Of a DNA stretch of 64,000 bases, positions 25,453 through 37,623 are shown piece by piece (position 1 is the first letter of the stretch; each line of letters opens with the position of its first letter). The notes beneath the pieces are model-generated. The model searched no databases, had not been told where the DNA came from, and worked only from the letters and a program-made list of their open reading frames with translations. Source of the stretch: Moniliella sp. 'wahieum' (taxonomy: Eukaryota). The position numbers and the translations under genes were made by a program. The stretch is from contig RSEE01000110.1 in NCBI GenBank assembly GCA_003971905.1, positions 62,001-126,000 on the forward strand. The letters run 5' to 3'.

Positions 25453-27150
25453 CTAAAGCTTAGCCTTGGGAGCCTGCTCTGCCTTGAGCTGATCACGGAG
25501 GATGCGATGCAGAATCTTGCCCGAAGGGGACTTGGGGATAGCATCGATGATGCGCACGCCTCCCCGAAGGCGCTTGTAGTACACCACCTTGCCATCCACG
25601 TATGCGCGTACATCCTCCGGTACGCTCTTGTCCCCCTGGAACTCAGGCTTGACCACAATGTACGCCAATGGGTACTCGTCCGACTTTTCCTCCACGTACA
25701 ACGGCACCACCGCTGCATCTGCGACCTTGGGATGAGTGAGCAGGATCGCCTCCAGCTCCGACGGGGCGACTTGCCTCCCGCCTACTTTGAGCACTTGTTT
25801 TAGCCGCTCCTCGATTGTCAGCCGACCTTGGCGGAAGGAACCTAGGTCGCTGTGCGGTACCACCCTTCGGCAGCGAACGATTCGGCATTGGCCTGGTCAT
25901 TGTTGAGGTACCCTCGGAAGATCGTGGGTCCTCGCAACCATACTTCGCCCGATAACGTCGCACCGTTCGCACCTTCTCCCTCGGTCAGCCCCACATCTTT
26001 TCCGTCCTCACTTACCAGGCGCACTTCCAGCCCAGGGATCAAACGGTTGGCTACCTCGGTTCCCATGAGCTGCACTAACTTTGGGGTCATCCATGCAGAC
26101 CAAGGGGCTGGCTTCGGTCAACCCGTAGCCATTGGCAATTTTGAGATGCGGAAAGCGCGTTTCGACCTCGGACACGAGAGGCGATGAGAGTGGCGCGGCA
26201 CCCGATTGCACCGCAACTAGGGACCGAAGGTCGTACTTCTCCACCTCGGGACTCTTGGCCATGAGAAGAAGGATGGGAGGAGCAACCGAAGTCCACTCAA
26301 CCTTGAACTGTTGAATTGCCGAACAAAACTTGGCCAGCGAAAACGAATCGAGCACGACACACGGGGCACCAATGTAAAAGGTGTGGTGCACATGGAATGT
26401 GAGGCAAAACACATGTTGCATCGGAAGAACCGCCATGGTCATTGTCCCAGCCGAGAGGAAGAGCTTGGTGATCTCCGTCATGTAAACGCAGCACGCCGTC
26501 ATATTGGTATGGCTCAGGATTGCGCCCTTGGACCGGCCTGTCGTTCCCGACGAATATGCGATGAAGGCTGGTGTGTTTTCCGGATCGCGAATGGGAATGG
26601 GTGCAAGCTCCTCTTGACCCAACAGGGTGCGTAGATCCTTTTCACCTCCTACCCCCTGAGCCAATACATCATCGTCTGACAGGAGCCAGACTGTGCCCGG
26701 AGTGTCGGCGCGTGGGTGGCGGACCTTCTCTAGGGCTGTACGCACAGATACGACCGATGCCTCCTGTGGCTGAACGAAGACGTACTTGACGGCAGCGTCG
26801 GCGAAGGGGTGGGCAAGCTCGTCGGCGGTATACGCTGCATTGAGCGGCACCACCACCACACCTGCGGCGAGGCAGGCGTGCACAACCACAGGGTACAACG
26901 TCGAGTTACCTGCAACAAGCGCGACACTATCCCCGGGCACCAGATTCAGCTTGTGCACCAATGCATGAGCGAGGCGGGAAGAGGTGTGGATTACGTCGCC
27001 GCGCGTGAGCACCTTGCCATCCGAGGCGCGGATAAAAGCAGGGGCCGAGTCTGGGGCGCCGTTGGGGTTGCTGTGCAGCGTGGCCGCCAGATTGCCTCGC
27101 GGCAGCACCGGGGTAGGGAAGAAGCTGGATCGCAGGGTCTGAGGTGGCAT
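25453..27150 (-). CDS. Acyl-CoA synthetase, 4-coumarate-CoA ligase/luciferase-like, with PTS1
   Basis: AMP-binding motifs AYSSGTTGRSKG, NGYGLTEASP, GEVWLRGPTIFRGYLNN, QVAPSELEAILLTHPKVADAAV and IPKSPSGKIL; ends KAKL*. Confidence 0.92.
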
Positions 27151-27560
27151 GGCCGTGGGGCTGTGGTGGTGGTGGGACAGGATGGATGTGGAGACACGAG
27201 GGGGGCAGCCAGCCAGCTGGAGAGGAGCTCTCTCTTTATCTACTGGGCGCCGCGGTGGACCAGCCGTGGGTTGTGCACTTTTTCATGCGCCCCCGCCGGC
27301 CTCCGCCCGTCAGCCAGCCATCGGGATTAGTGTGAATAATCAGAATCAAAATAACCCCAGCATCTGCCCGCAGGCATCTGGCAAGTATCCCCGGGGCATC
27401 GGCGCCACCGGAGGCAAGTGACTCGTGACATGCGAGTCCCCCGCCCCCATCTCAGTTCTTTCACGCGTACCTCGCGTACCCCCGGCCCCACATCCTGTGG
27501 GCCAGCTTGTGCACGCGTACCCAAGCTTTGCGACACCGGAGGTGCCTGAGCGAGGTCATT

Positions 27561-27587
27561 TGATGCATGATGCATGATGCATGATGC
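27561..27587. repeat. (TGATGCA)n heptamer array
   Basis: TGATGCATGATGCATGATGCATGATGC, about 400 bp upstream of the acyl-CoA ligase. Confidence 0.9.
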
Positions 27588-27831
27588 TCGGTCTACGTTT
27601 CATGCCACGTGTCACACAAATAAATTGTACACAAATACCAAAAAAGCGCATATATATAGTTGTGTTCCTGCGCTGACGCAGACCTCCTGGCAGTTCTCAT
27701 CGTAAGTGACTATGAGTGACGGCGCGAACCTACTAGACAACCTCTCTCTCCTCCCACTCTCTCCCTATATCAACACAACAATTGGTGTGTTGTGCTCCTG
27801 AAGACGTTGATTGATTGATAGGAGTGACATG

Positions 27832-28320
27832 CTACTTCCTCTGCAGCGCTTCCTTGGATACGAGCGCCGACTCCTCTCTCATGGACGACACGATGTTAAT
27901 ACGTAAGCCCTTGTCATATTGTCAAAGTCTTCAGTTTGGGCCTTGTTGCCCCAACTCGCCCTCAAATACACGGACATATCATATCGTCCTTCGAATGGCT
28001 GTCGGGTGTGAGCAGACTGCTGAAGAAAGCCGTCGTCAATATTCAATACTGACCAGCTGGTACTCTGTGCACGAGAGGACACCATGGGTACTTCCATATT
28101 ATGCATCGAGATGTCTTCCAGCTTATTCTTATCCGTGAAAATGTCAAGGACGACCACAAGTGCACCTCGGTGTGTCCGTGTTTCCCCGTCTTGCATCGAC
28201 ATATCCACAATTTTGCAGGGACAGCCTTTGGCCACCGCATCCCCGCTATTGTGGAGTGCTGAGTATTACATCGCGGGAACGTCCGCGACATGCCGGCATT
28301 GGCTAACTCCAACTCGACAT
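27832..28320 (-). pseudogene. Degenerate, apparently intronless eIF5A copy
   Basis: Fragments in shifting frames: ANAGMSRTFP, KGCPCKIVDMS, KTGKHGHTEVHL (hypusine-loop motif), LDIFT..KLEDIS.HNMEVP, TEYQLV, NIDDGFL, FEGELG, IVSSMREESALVSKEA. Many substitutions at normally invariant sites. Confidence 0.8.
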
Positions 28321-28571
28321 TGCACGTTTAGGTTAGCATTGAAAATTGTGGGAGGGACGAGATAAAGGCGGCCGCTCAAACGATGAACCATCAGATCGAG
28401 CCAGTGACGAAGGTGTGTTACGGTATGGAATCGTGTATAGCATTGGAAACGGTAGAGCTGCATCCAGCATCTTCAACCGTCCTGTCTTCTTCCGTGCGAT
28501 GCCGGGCAGGTAAATAGCAATCCGCGAACACGTAGGTTTCTTGAGTCACATAATTGGCCCACTTGAGTGCT

Positions 28572-28614
28572 TGAGATCTCAGAGATCTGAGTTCCTCTGA
28601 GATCTGAGATCTGA
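28572..28614. repeat. (TGAGATC)n heptamer array
   Basis: TGAGATCTCAGAGATCTGAG...TGAGATCTGAGATCTGA. Confidence 0.8.
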
Positions 28615-29159
28615 AGAGCTGAGAGCCAACAATGGGTTCTATAATACCAAAACGGTGCGCTCGATCATGAAACACACTTGGATTTAGGGAGGGGGACTGT
28701 GGCCGGGGTGACGACGAGATCGGAGAGTCCCACGGCGCCCGTGTCTGCGTTAACCGTGTCGAAGAAGCGCAGGAGTCCAGATGGAGGGCGAGCAAGGCAA
28801 CCGTGTCAAAGGAACATGCAGCGTATGCCCGACGCGGACTTGACGAGACATGTGCCGGAGCTTGCCTGCTGTACAGCAATTGGTGGCCTTTGGTTATTGG
28901 CCGGCCGGCAGGCGCTTTGCAGCGGTGCGAGGGGCGGAATTGACGGCAGGTACTTCCGCCGCCGGAGGCGATGAGGTGATGGCATGGCGCGAGTCTGTCC
29001 TTTGCAGCGTGTCGCACCGCAGCTGTCTGAGAATGTGGGGAGCCGAGTGTAACGTTGATGCGATTGATATGACTGTCCAGCGTATTTAATTGGCCAACCT
29101 GCGCAGCCGCCGCTTCTCTCGTTGTCTACCACCTGCTTCTCTGCTTCCCCCTTCCGGTC

Positions 29160-30228
29160 ATGTCTGCCCCTGCTCCCACCCGCGCCCCCTCCGGCACCCA
29201 CACCAGCGTGCTCGCCCCGAGCCCCCGTCGAGCCTGAGCTTCGTCCCAGCTCCAGCGGCACCCTTGTCGTGTACCCCCCTGAGCCCCAGTTTGCCGACCG
29301 GATCGCCACGTTCCAGCAGGCGGCCCGCGCAGGCGGCCTGGCCGTGTCGGACCAGGTCGATAGCAAGACGACGGCCATCGTCTGGGTTGATCCCCATCCT
29401 ACCCACCTTCACATCCTCCAGTCCCTTCTGGAGAACAACCCTCAGATCCAGTGGATCCAGATGCCCATGGCCGGAGTCAATGCGTATGCCCACCTGATCA
29501 CCTCGGATTTGGGAAAAAAGAAGCTCTGGACGTCGGCCAAGGGTGCATTTGCTCAACCGGTGGCAGAGCATGCGCTGGCGCTAGCGTTGGCTACCCTGCG
29601 CGTCTTCCCTTCGCGCGTCAAGGCGACCAAGTGGGGTTCCCAGGCTGGCTCTTCCCTCTTTGGTGCCCGGGTGCTTCTCATCGGCGCAGGCGGGATCGCC
29701 CTTTCGCTTTTGGCACTTCTGGAACCGTTCCAAGTGCAACCTACGGTTCTGCGGAGACAAAAGACGCCTCTGGCGAGCCACCCAAAGGTGCACGTGGACT
29801 CCTTCACCGCTCTCGACACGTATCTCACCGAGGCAGACGTGGTCTTCATTGCTGCCGCGGCAACTGCTGAAACAGACAAGATTATTGGCAAACGTGCCCT
29901 CAGTCTGCTTCCCAAGCATGCCGTCGTTGTCAACGTCGCCCGCGGTACGCTGGTGGACACGGAGGCTCTGCTCTCGGCTCTGGAGGCTGGCGAGATCGCC
30001 GGCGCGGGGCTGGACGTGACGGACCCGGAGCCGCTGCCTGACAACCACCCGCTCTGGGCGTACGGGAGCAAAGAAGACTCCAACCTTCTCATCACCCCGC
30101 ACACCGCTGACACGTTGGAGATGGTTGTGCCTCTTCTGCAGCAGCGCATCCAGGCCAATGCCGAAGCTACTGTTCGGGTGGGTGACGGCACTTTCGTCGG
30201 CCGGATTTCTACTGAGACTGGTTACTAG
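29160..30228 (+). CDS. D-isomer-specific 2-hydroxyacid dehydrogenase (NAD-binding)
   Basis: WIQMPMAGVN; TSAKGAFAQPVAEHAL; Rossmann LIGAGGIA; VNVARGTLVDTEAL; GAGLDVTDPEPLPDNHPLW; LITPHTAD. Start approximate. Confidence 0.93.
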
Positions 30229-30513
30229 ACTGGGTTTTGCCTTCTCGCCCTCTCTATTTCTTCTCGACCTATCTATACTTTCAAGGGGCGATATTGTGGA
30301 AGCTGATGCAGAGAAAGCACTAGCGGCTGCCACCAAACCGTATATAGTCGGCACAGTCGTTGCGCATCGGGTTGCACCACTCCCCGAAAGCAATATAAGC
30401 AACAGACTCAAGTTGGGACAATGGGTTGCATTTGGCAAATAAGTAACAAACGTACAAGGAATTGGGGGGAAAGCTGGGTTGTAGGGAAGAAGAAAAGACG
30501 TGCTCGACCTTTA

Positions 30514-31198
30514 CTAATTCGACTCGTCGAGATATACCTGGTATGGGTGCAACATGATAAAGATAGGCGGAGCTACCCTAGCATAAGGGAAGCTGGCACG
30601 CTCGCCGCGACCTGGCCCCACACCCAAATGCTTGTGGAGCATTGCGCACACCCAACGTCCCAGGTCCAAGTAGTTCCAGCGCTGGGCAGGAATGTCATCA
30701 GCAAGGGGTAACATTTCTGAGGACAATGGTTGACTCGACCGAGCTCAATCCTTGGCCTAGGGCACGCGCAAACGAGTCGAACAGGCGAAAAGGAAGAAAT
30801 TTGACGTACCAGAAAAGTATACCATGCAGAGGATACAACACCGATGCATAAGATGTCCACGAACGCTGTGCCATGGCCCTGGGAAATGAGCGCAGCCCCA
30901 ATCAGGAGGAGACCCAAGGCCACAAAATCCATGGCTTCGACGCCGATACATCCGGCCCGGGGTACCAAAGCGAGGAGAATAAGCACTCTACCTAGCACAA
31001 GGTACAACAACACTGTTTGTCCCTGAGTATGTGGAGAAGCAAAAAACTGTGTCCAGCCCGAGAAGATGGCTGTGGTCATGCACACTTCCTGGCAAACGCA
31101 AAAGACGCTGCCCAACACCACACCGAGTGGAAATCGAGGGGCCGGCTTAAACAAGTCAGAAAGACTTGGACGGCAGGGAGGTTGGCCATAAGGACATT
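30514..31198 (-). CDS. Hypothetical membrane protein
   Basis: ORF 30573-31154 has about four hydrophobic segments (e.g. VLLYLVLGRVLILLALV, FVALGLLLIGAALI). Family not recognised. Confidence 0.35.
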
Positions 31199-31456
31199 CG
31201 AGAGGCGATGGTGCGTGGTGGTGGCACTAACAAAGCAGCGCAGAAACGCAGCAATACCACTCGGACTAGTTGACGGTTTAGGGGCTTAGCAAGCGTTGTA
31301 AGAGTGGCTGCCTGACGTCACTCATGCACCATGGCTGTGTTACATGTCACATGTCACACAGGGCCTGCTAGGGCGGTGCCAAGGCTAGGGTTATGCAGCA
31401 GGCACCACATCAGTACCGCTCCTCCGGACTCCGTTTACTCAACCAACGTCGCTCAC

Positions 31457-31544
31457 GGATCCTTAGCTCAGTGGCAGAGTGTTACTTTCCGGTTATTCCC
31501 GAGAGTTATGGTAATGGTCGTCGGTTCGACCCCGGCAGGATTCG
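31457..31544 (+). tRNA. tRNA-Arg(CCG) with 16-nt intron (31493-31508)
   Basis: Acceptor stem GGATCCT/AGGATTC; D arm GCTC..GAGT; anticodon stem TTACT/GGTAA with loop TTCCGG^T; T arm GTCGG-TTCGACC-CCGGC; followed by T-runs. Confidence 0.9.
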
Positions 31545-33444
31545 CTTTTTCTTTTTTGTTCACCACATTCGCTCTTCCTTTTATTTGTGACCTCAGTCTT
31601 GTTTCTCCATGCCGCGGCGTTCTCTTCCATCAGGGCACTATTCCTTGTTGCACTGCAGTTCGCCTCTGGTCGCTTGTCTTATGTCCAGAGTATCGATCCT
31701 ATCGTAGCGTTTCTTCCCCCATCCGCTCTTTGCACAATTATTGGTGGCCGTCGCGTTTTGTAGACAAGGTCTCTTCGACACGGTTATTACTTGGTATGTT
31801 TTCTCTTTCTTATCCTTTCCGCCTATTGGACAGAGCAACAAAAAGAAGACTCGAGGTCCCGCTTGACCTGATACTGACTACTTCCTACATTTGCATACTA
31901 CACACAGTCGGTCAACCTCGGGTGGGGAACCAAGCCTGGTCCCGATTGTGTTGACTCTCTCTTTGGGCCGAGCCAGTTCAGCCATGTGACCAAAGACAAT
32001 CATTAGATCCCGCATGTGGTGCCCTACTATTATGCCTTTGGCTTGCGTCACCGCGCAAAAGAGAGAGGGAAAGATGGATCAAAACTCCGCCAACTCGACC
32101 GGCGTACTAACGTTTTCCCAACTTCTTATCTCTCTCCAACCACCCCCTATCCCAGCCTCCCCATGCACGGTTTCCTCCTCACATGCGCTGGAACGTTCAC
32201 CCTGATATACTACGCTGGGAGGAGAACCGGGAGAGGCAAACCAGGGGGGATAAACAACCGGCTGTGGAAAGCACTTTTTCTGACCAAAAACCTACACACC
32301 ACCGCATCCTTCTCGTAACATTCTCACATTTGTGTCAGTACTTAGTACTCCAGTACTCCGTCGCTAATAGTCACTAGTACTATAGTCAGCTAGCCCTAGC
32401 CATTAATTACCGGTCACCGGTGCCGCATGTGTGGGACGGCGGCGAGACAGGCGTTTGCGGGCGGGCCGATAATACCGCACACTACGATATAGACGATTTC
32501 CTCGTTCTCGTTGGCCGACCCACACTTATCAAATATGGAGGGATCCACAAGTGTCTACTGTGTGGCAACTAATTAAGATATGCATATGTATTGTCCTTAC
32601 ATAGGTTTCTCTTTCGTCATGAAAGTGTGGTAGCGCTAACAAAAAGCTGATAGACTGAGAAGGGTACATAATATAAGGAAAGAGAGAAGAGAGGTGTATA
32701 TACTACTATAGCTATGCTGTAAAACCTCATTAAGGGGCTAATGGGCGAGCTCATGTGCTCATTCCCATAAGACCTACTCATAGCAGTGTTCTCACTGGGC
32801 ACACCGGCTACTTGACGACGCACGGGTACTCTGCCAACAAGGAAGAGGAGAAGCAAACAGAGATTGGAAGATGAGGAGGGAAGAATGGCTCACCGAAGAA
32901 TATCACGGCTGTGAAGACTCTCACTGAAGAGTCTCATTGGAGACGTTCAGAGCTCACATTCTATCACGCTAATTCGTATCCATTCGCATTCCATTCAATT
33001 TTGGGCGTAATCGAATGCGAGGAAGCCAGGCGGTCCTGTCCGGCTGTCGACTCTACTGCGGCCTCTTGAGTGGGCGCTGGGGGTACGTGCAAGAAGGACA
33101 CGCCTTAATAATGAGCGAGAGCCAGTTGGTAGGCACAGTATTTCTTCGTCCTGATGGTTAAGCTCACTGCAAGTATTATGAATTGATTATAGTAATGAGG
33201 AGAGAGACGACGGCGATGAACATGATGAACGTGATGAACGGCGCAGAAAAATTGGATTGCAATGCCAGGTGTGGCTGTGAAGCTGTGAAGGATAGAAATT
33301 GTTTTTGGCCGAGAGTGAAAAATGCGTACTGCATAGGAGGCGCAGCGAATGTGAGGGGAGGGGAAACGAAGAAATGGAGAAACAGAGAAGTGTAAGAACC
33401 GGAAACGGTGCTAGCACCGGCACAGAACCGACGAGTAGGTGAGA

Positions 33445-34085
33445 TTAGTTGCCAAAGTGCAGCTTGTACGTCCGGTCTTCACCCAATTTCGTGCCCAAGC
33501 TCTGGTGGGCATTGTCGATGGGAGCCAAGGTGTAGTAACCGAGGTCGTTGGTGGGCACCTCGCCACCAATAAAGTAGAGCTGGTAGTCGTACTGGTATTC
33601 GTGAGCGCAATGAGGTCCGGTGCAGTGGGGGACCAGACGCAGTTCCCAGATCTGCGGGCGAATGGTAGCGTCGTCTGCATGGACACAGGGCGCAGCCGAA
33701 AAGTGGGATAGGTTGTTGGTGTTGAGCGCATGGGCGGTGACACAGCGCTCAGGGTAGGCCGGGGGGTGAGCTGACCAAAGATGACAGTCTCGCCATCGTT
33801 GTTGCTTGTCCCATTTTCCGAGCCCCAGGTGCCGAGGGTGTGGGCGCCCACACCATAGAAGGTAAAGCCTTCCTTGGGGGACGAGAGGTCCAGGACCTTG
33901 TACCCAGCCTTGTCGCGCGTCGAGCCAAAGGCAACCGTCTTGTTGAAGCCCTTGTCGTTGTAGAGCTCGAGGGACGGGGCATTGTAGCCAGATCCCCGAA
34001 CGACCTCGGAGCGGGGAGCCAGGGGAGCAGCGTACGCCGTGCTTGCCACGAGGGCGAGGAGAGCGGAGAAGGGCGTGAACAGCAT
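33445..34085 (-). CDS. Small secreted protein (~210 aa), effector-like
   Basis: Signal peptide MLFTPFSALLALVASTAYA, then APLAPR. One frameshift in a C-run near 33765 joins it to AYPERCVTAHAL..AAPCVH..QIWELRL. Four Cys; codon usage looks strongly coding. Confidence 0.75.
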
Positions 34086-34282
34086 CTTGGGGGAAAGAGA
34101 AATAGGGAGGAGAGTGTGGATGGTTGTGGATGTGGATGGGGTGGTGGCGTGGTGTAGATCCGACACGCAGGCGCGGTCGATTAAATAGCAAGCCTCATCA
34201 GTGCATCAGTGCATCAGCCCACAAAGATCATATGCGAAAATGCAATGCTGGCAGCCACATCCACATCACACGTACTATGCGA

Positions 34283-34950
34283 TTAACGTTTAACTTAAAC
34301 GTTTAACGATCATCGATCATTATTAACGTGGCGCATTATGCATTACGCGCATTACGCCTCTTCTTGGCTAGATGGCCAAGATGTTGGGTCACCGGTCACC
34401 GGTCATGCGGGTCATGGAACAGGACACTTTCTGACGAGGAATTTACATGGTTATACCAAGAGTGACGAGTGACGCGTGACGGTGAGCAAACTAAGCATAT
34501 GAAGAGCACAGCGGTGTGGTGGGGACGGAGCACCCCAACTGCCCAGGAGGAGGCAAGGGAGAGGTGCTATGCCACGAACTGGTCTAGTGCCCCTGGGCCG
34601 CGCCAGCAGCCTAGAGACGACACACTGTCGTCGTCTGGATCACCATCACGCGAACGCTGTTGCCTCGGAGACCCGACAACCGGTGCGAGCCAGGATGTTG
34701 ATGTGTGACGTCAGTGCGTGTCTAACTAGCGTGACTAGTGACTTGTAATTCGGGAGGCCTGCTGAGGCGCTGAGCGCGCTGGGGCATATAGAAATGCGGG
34801 CGGCCGAATAAAAGGGCCGGTGCATCCCATTGATCGACATGATCGATGATCGATGATCGAGGGAGACGCCACAACGAGTAGAACTCTCTCGCTCTCCGAG
34901 ACACGCCAAGCCAAAATGAGGGTCACCGGTCGCCGATCATCGATCATCCG
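34283..34950. repeat. Dense cluster of TNA-palindrome heptamer arrays
   Basis: TTA-ACGT-TTA 34283; TCA-TCGA-TCA 34310; TTA-TGCA-TTA-CGCG 34336; (TCACCGG)2TCA 34389; TGA-CGAG-TGA-CGCG-TGA 34463; TGA-CTAG-TGA 34732; (TGATCGA)3 34840. Confidence 0.85.
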
Positions 34951-37374
34951 TAATCGAGTAATCCATGCCCACACCTCGAGGCCACCACAGAACTAGCACT
35001 TCTGTAGCGGTTATTCGACGTATAGGACAACTATAGGGATGGAGTGCGATAGGCCGGGCCCTGCTGTCTCGTGGTTTCAATATGTCGAAGTGTGCCAGGT
35101 GTGGGGTTGCAGACTCGTGAACAGTAGGCGGCGAGCATTCATACAAGAGGTGTGCGCAAGAAAACTAGTATAACACAGTCAACATCTGCGCTAACAGGTA
35201 CACACGCCCCGACGAGAAGGGTGCCTATTCCCGAACCTGACGACGGCGTAGCCTACAGAGCATCCTCGGAGAGTCTATAATAGCCGATTTCAGGATACTA
35301 TACCGCGTGTTTTACTATAGCTTTTCGTTTTTTTTTTCATCGGTTCAGAAGTCTCACGCATGTATAGTACAGTCCGCCACCACATGGCCACCATCCCATA
35401 TGGAATGGGTGCATTGATCGCCGAAGAGTAGCTGTTACATCTTACGCGTTACGCATCATGAGCATCACATGTATCATGCTGTATGTGCCTTAATCGAGAC
35501 GGATTTATTCGGAAGGTTGGGATGATGGAACGGGCGGGGGCAACCCAAGCCTCAATTTAAGCTTGTTTGCTTTGGTTCTTTTTCTGTCCGAATATAGGCC
35601 TGTGTGGGATGTGAGATGACGTCGATGATGGTCAATGTGAAGTGTAAGGCCATCCCGTTCAAATGACGTCAATTGAGCGCCGGGAGTCCGAAGAAGAGCC
35701 TGTCACATGTAATAGCCGATCAGATTCTGTGCGCTTGTGTTGTCATGGGCGAAGGAGGGACGGCAAACCCAGCTGTTCCCAACACACGCCCTCCTTCTGC
35801 CTTCCTTGCCCCACACCTGGCCCGCTTCCGGACTTCTTCCTCGTTTCCACCCCAACCACACGAACTCACTCCCAACCACAAGCCAGTCAGATCATATGGG
35901 GAGCTCGTGCCATGTCCGATGGCCGAGGCGGCCACCGAGAGCCTACTACGTATCGTTAACTACGCGGTCGAGCCTTTTTCCCTCCATTTACCGTTCCTTT
36001 TGACCCCTTACTAGTTACTGCATTCCCGTTTTGAGCTTCATAATTACGGCTTATATCTCTCCCAGCAAATCTGTTGGACAGCAGAGAGCGTCGAATGCGA
36101 TGGTGGGACATGAAAGACAGTTAAGAGGGGGACTATAGGCCCAGTAGAGAAAGAAAGAAGAGAGGGATGAGCATGGAGCCGGCAACTAGACTATCGTCTG
36201 GGGCTCTATTGAGAGCATGATCGAATCCGGACACAGCACACTGTCAATAACTCGGAGGATAAGACCAAGTCAGCATGGCTTTTAGAGGCGATTGTGGCCC
36301 TCGGACCCCCCAGTCAACACTTCATATCATTTTCTATGGGGGGATTGTGCCATTACTCTTATATTAAAACAGTCTCCCTGGTGGCGATCGTTCCTCAACC
36401 CCTTACCATGTCTCACTTTCACTTTCTCTCTCTATGATTGCCCCATGTTTCTTTGTTAGGCTTTCATGTGTTCCCGAGGCCGTGAGTTTTCCCTCCAAGG
36501 ACCGTATTCGTCAATTGAAAAGAAAACTTCTGCTCTTATGATTGCTCTACTTATTGATATCGCTCCCCACGCCTTGCAGTCTATACCTTCCACAGTCTTC
36601 CCCGTTCTGGCTCGAATTCCTCATAATGCATGATCCACAGAGATTCCAGTCAGCTCCAGGCTTACTCCAGGCCCACTCCAGGTAGTATCGTCCTTGTCTC
36701 CTTGTCCTCCCGTACCTTATCAGCCCCGGACGGCTTCAGACACCTATGTAATTATTACTGCTCAAGCCGGTGCCTGCTCATAGCCTGAGCGCTCAGCCTT
36801 GCCCTACTACAAAAGCATCCGCACCTCTGCTATAAGCCCAAAAACATTTTCTTGTTCCTATCCTTTAACAGTTCCACCTCCAAGCCCAAGTACGAAACTA
36901 CCAGTGTGAGTCGACGCTTCCGACCTCCTGGGGATTGAACCCCTTAAACGTTAACCCCCGCGGGCGACGGGCCCCCACAGGCCGAGGTCCGCCCTTGACA
37001 CGTCCATGGTCAAGGGGTGGACGAAGTCTCCTAGACCACATGCTTTCTTCGTCTCGGCGACGGATTTGTCTCAATGCCCCCACATGAAAGAAAATCGTCA
37101 TATAAGTTTGGCTGATCTCTCTCTGACATTTCCAAAATTTCCTCGCCTCGAGCGTCTCGCACTTTCCGTGTTATTCTGCTTCGCACACATGTCCTCTGTT
37201 CTTGCTTCTTCCTCACGAACAATTGTTACATTTCTTGACCAAAAGTTGTGACTGTTGTGTGGTCTCTCTCGCCTTTCCCCGACTAGGACAAAAAGTCTGT
37301 TCGACCCTCGGCCTTCCGTGACGTCACGCGCGTCACAGAGCAGCCTCCCAATTATTTATTCGGCTACCTCTGGA

Positions 37375-37402
37375 TGATGCATGATGCATGATGCATGATG
37401 CC
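37375..37402. repeat. (TGATGCA)n heptamer array
   Basis: TGATGCA x3 plus TGATGCC, about 220 bp upstream of the DUF1769 gene. Confidence 0.9.
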
Positions 37403-37623
37403 GGAAAGATGAAATGTTTCACCTTCAGCGCACGAACCAGTTTCCTTACTCGCACAAATGACAAATTCGTGCGAAGCATCTTCGGCCGTTCCGATCGGCA
37501 GTAGTTGGCCCTTGATACCACCGCGCGCAGACACCTCCTCATCCCAGTAGCCCCCCCGCTACTTTCCCCCGCCATCTCCACCTCGATAGGCGGTTGGCGC
37601 GTTGTGCCCAGTCCTTCTCTTCC

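Noticed and set aside
29553..30438. Long antisense ORFs (212 and 285 aa) opposite the dehydrogenase; similar shadows over TAF5, TRS120 and GMC
   Set aside because: Expected shadow ORFs of GC-rich coding sequence; no motifs.
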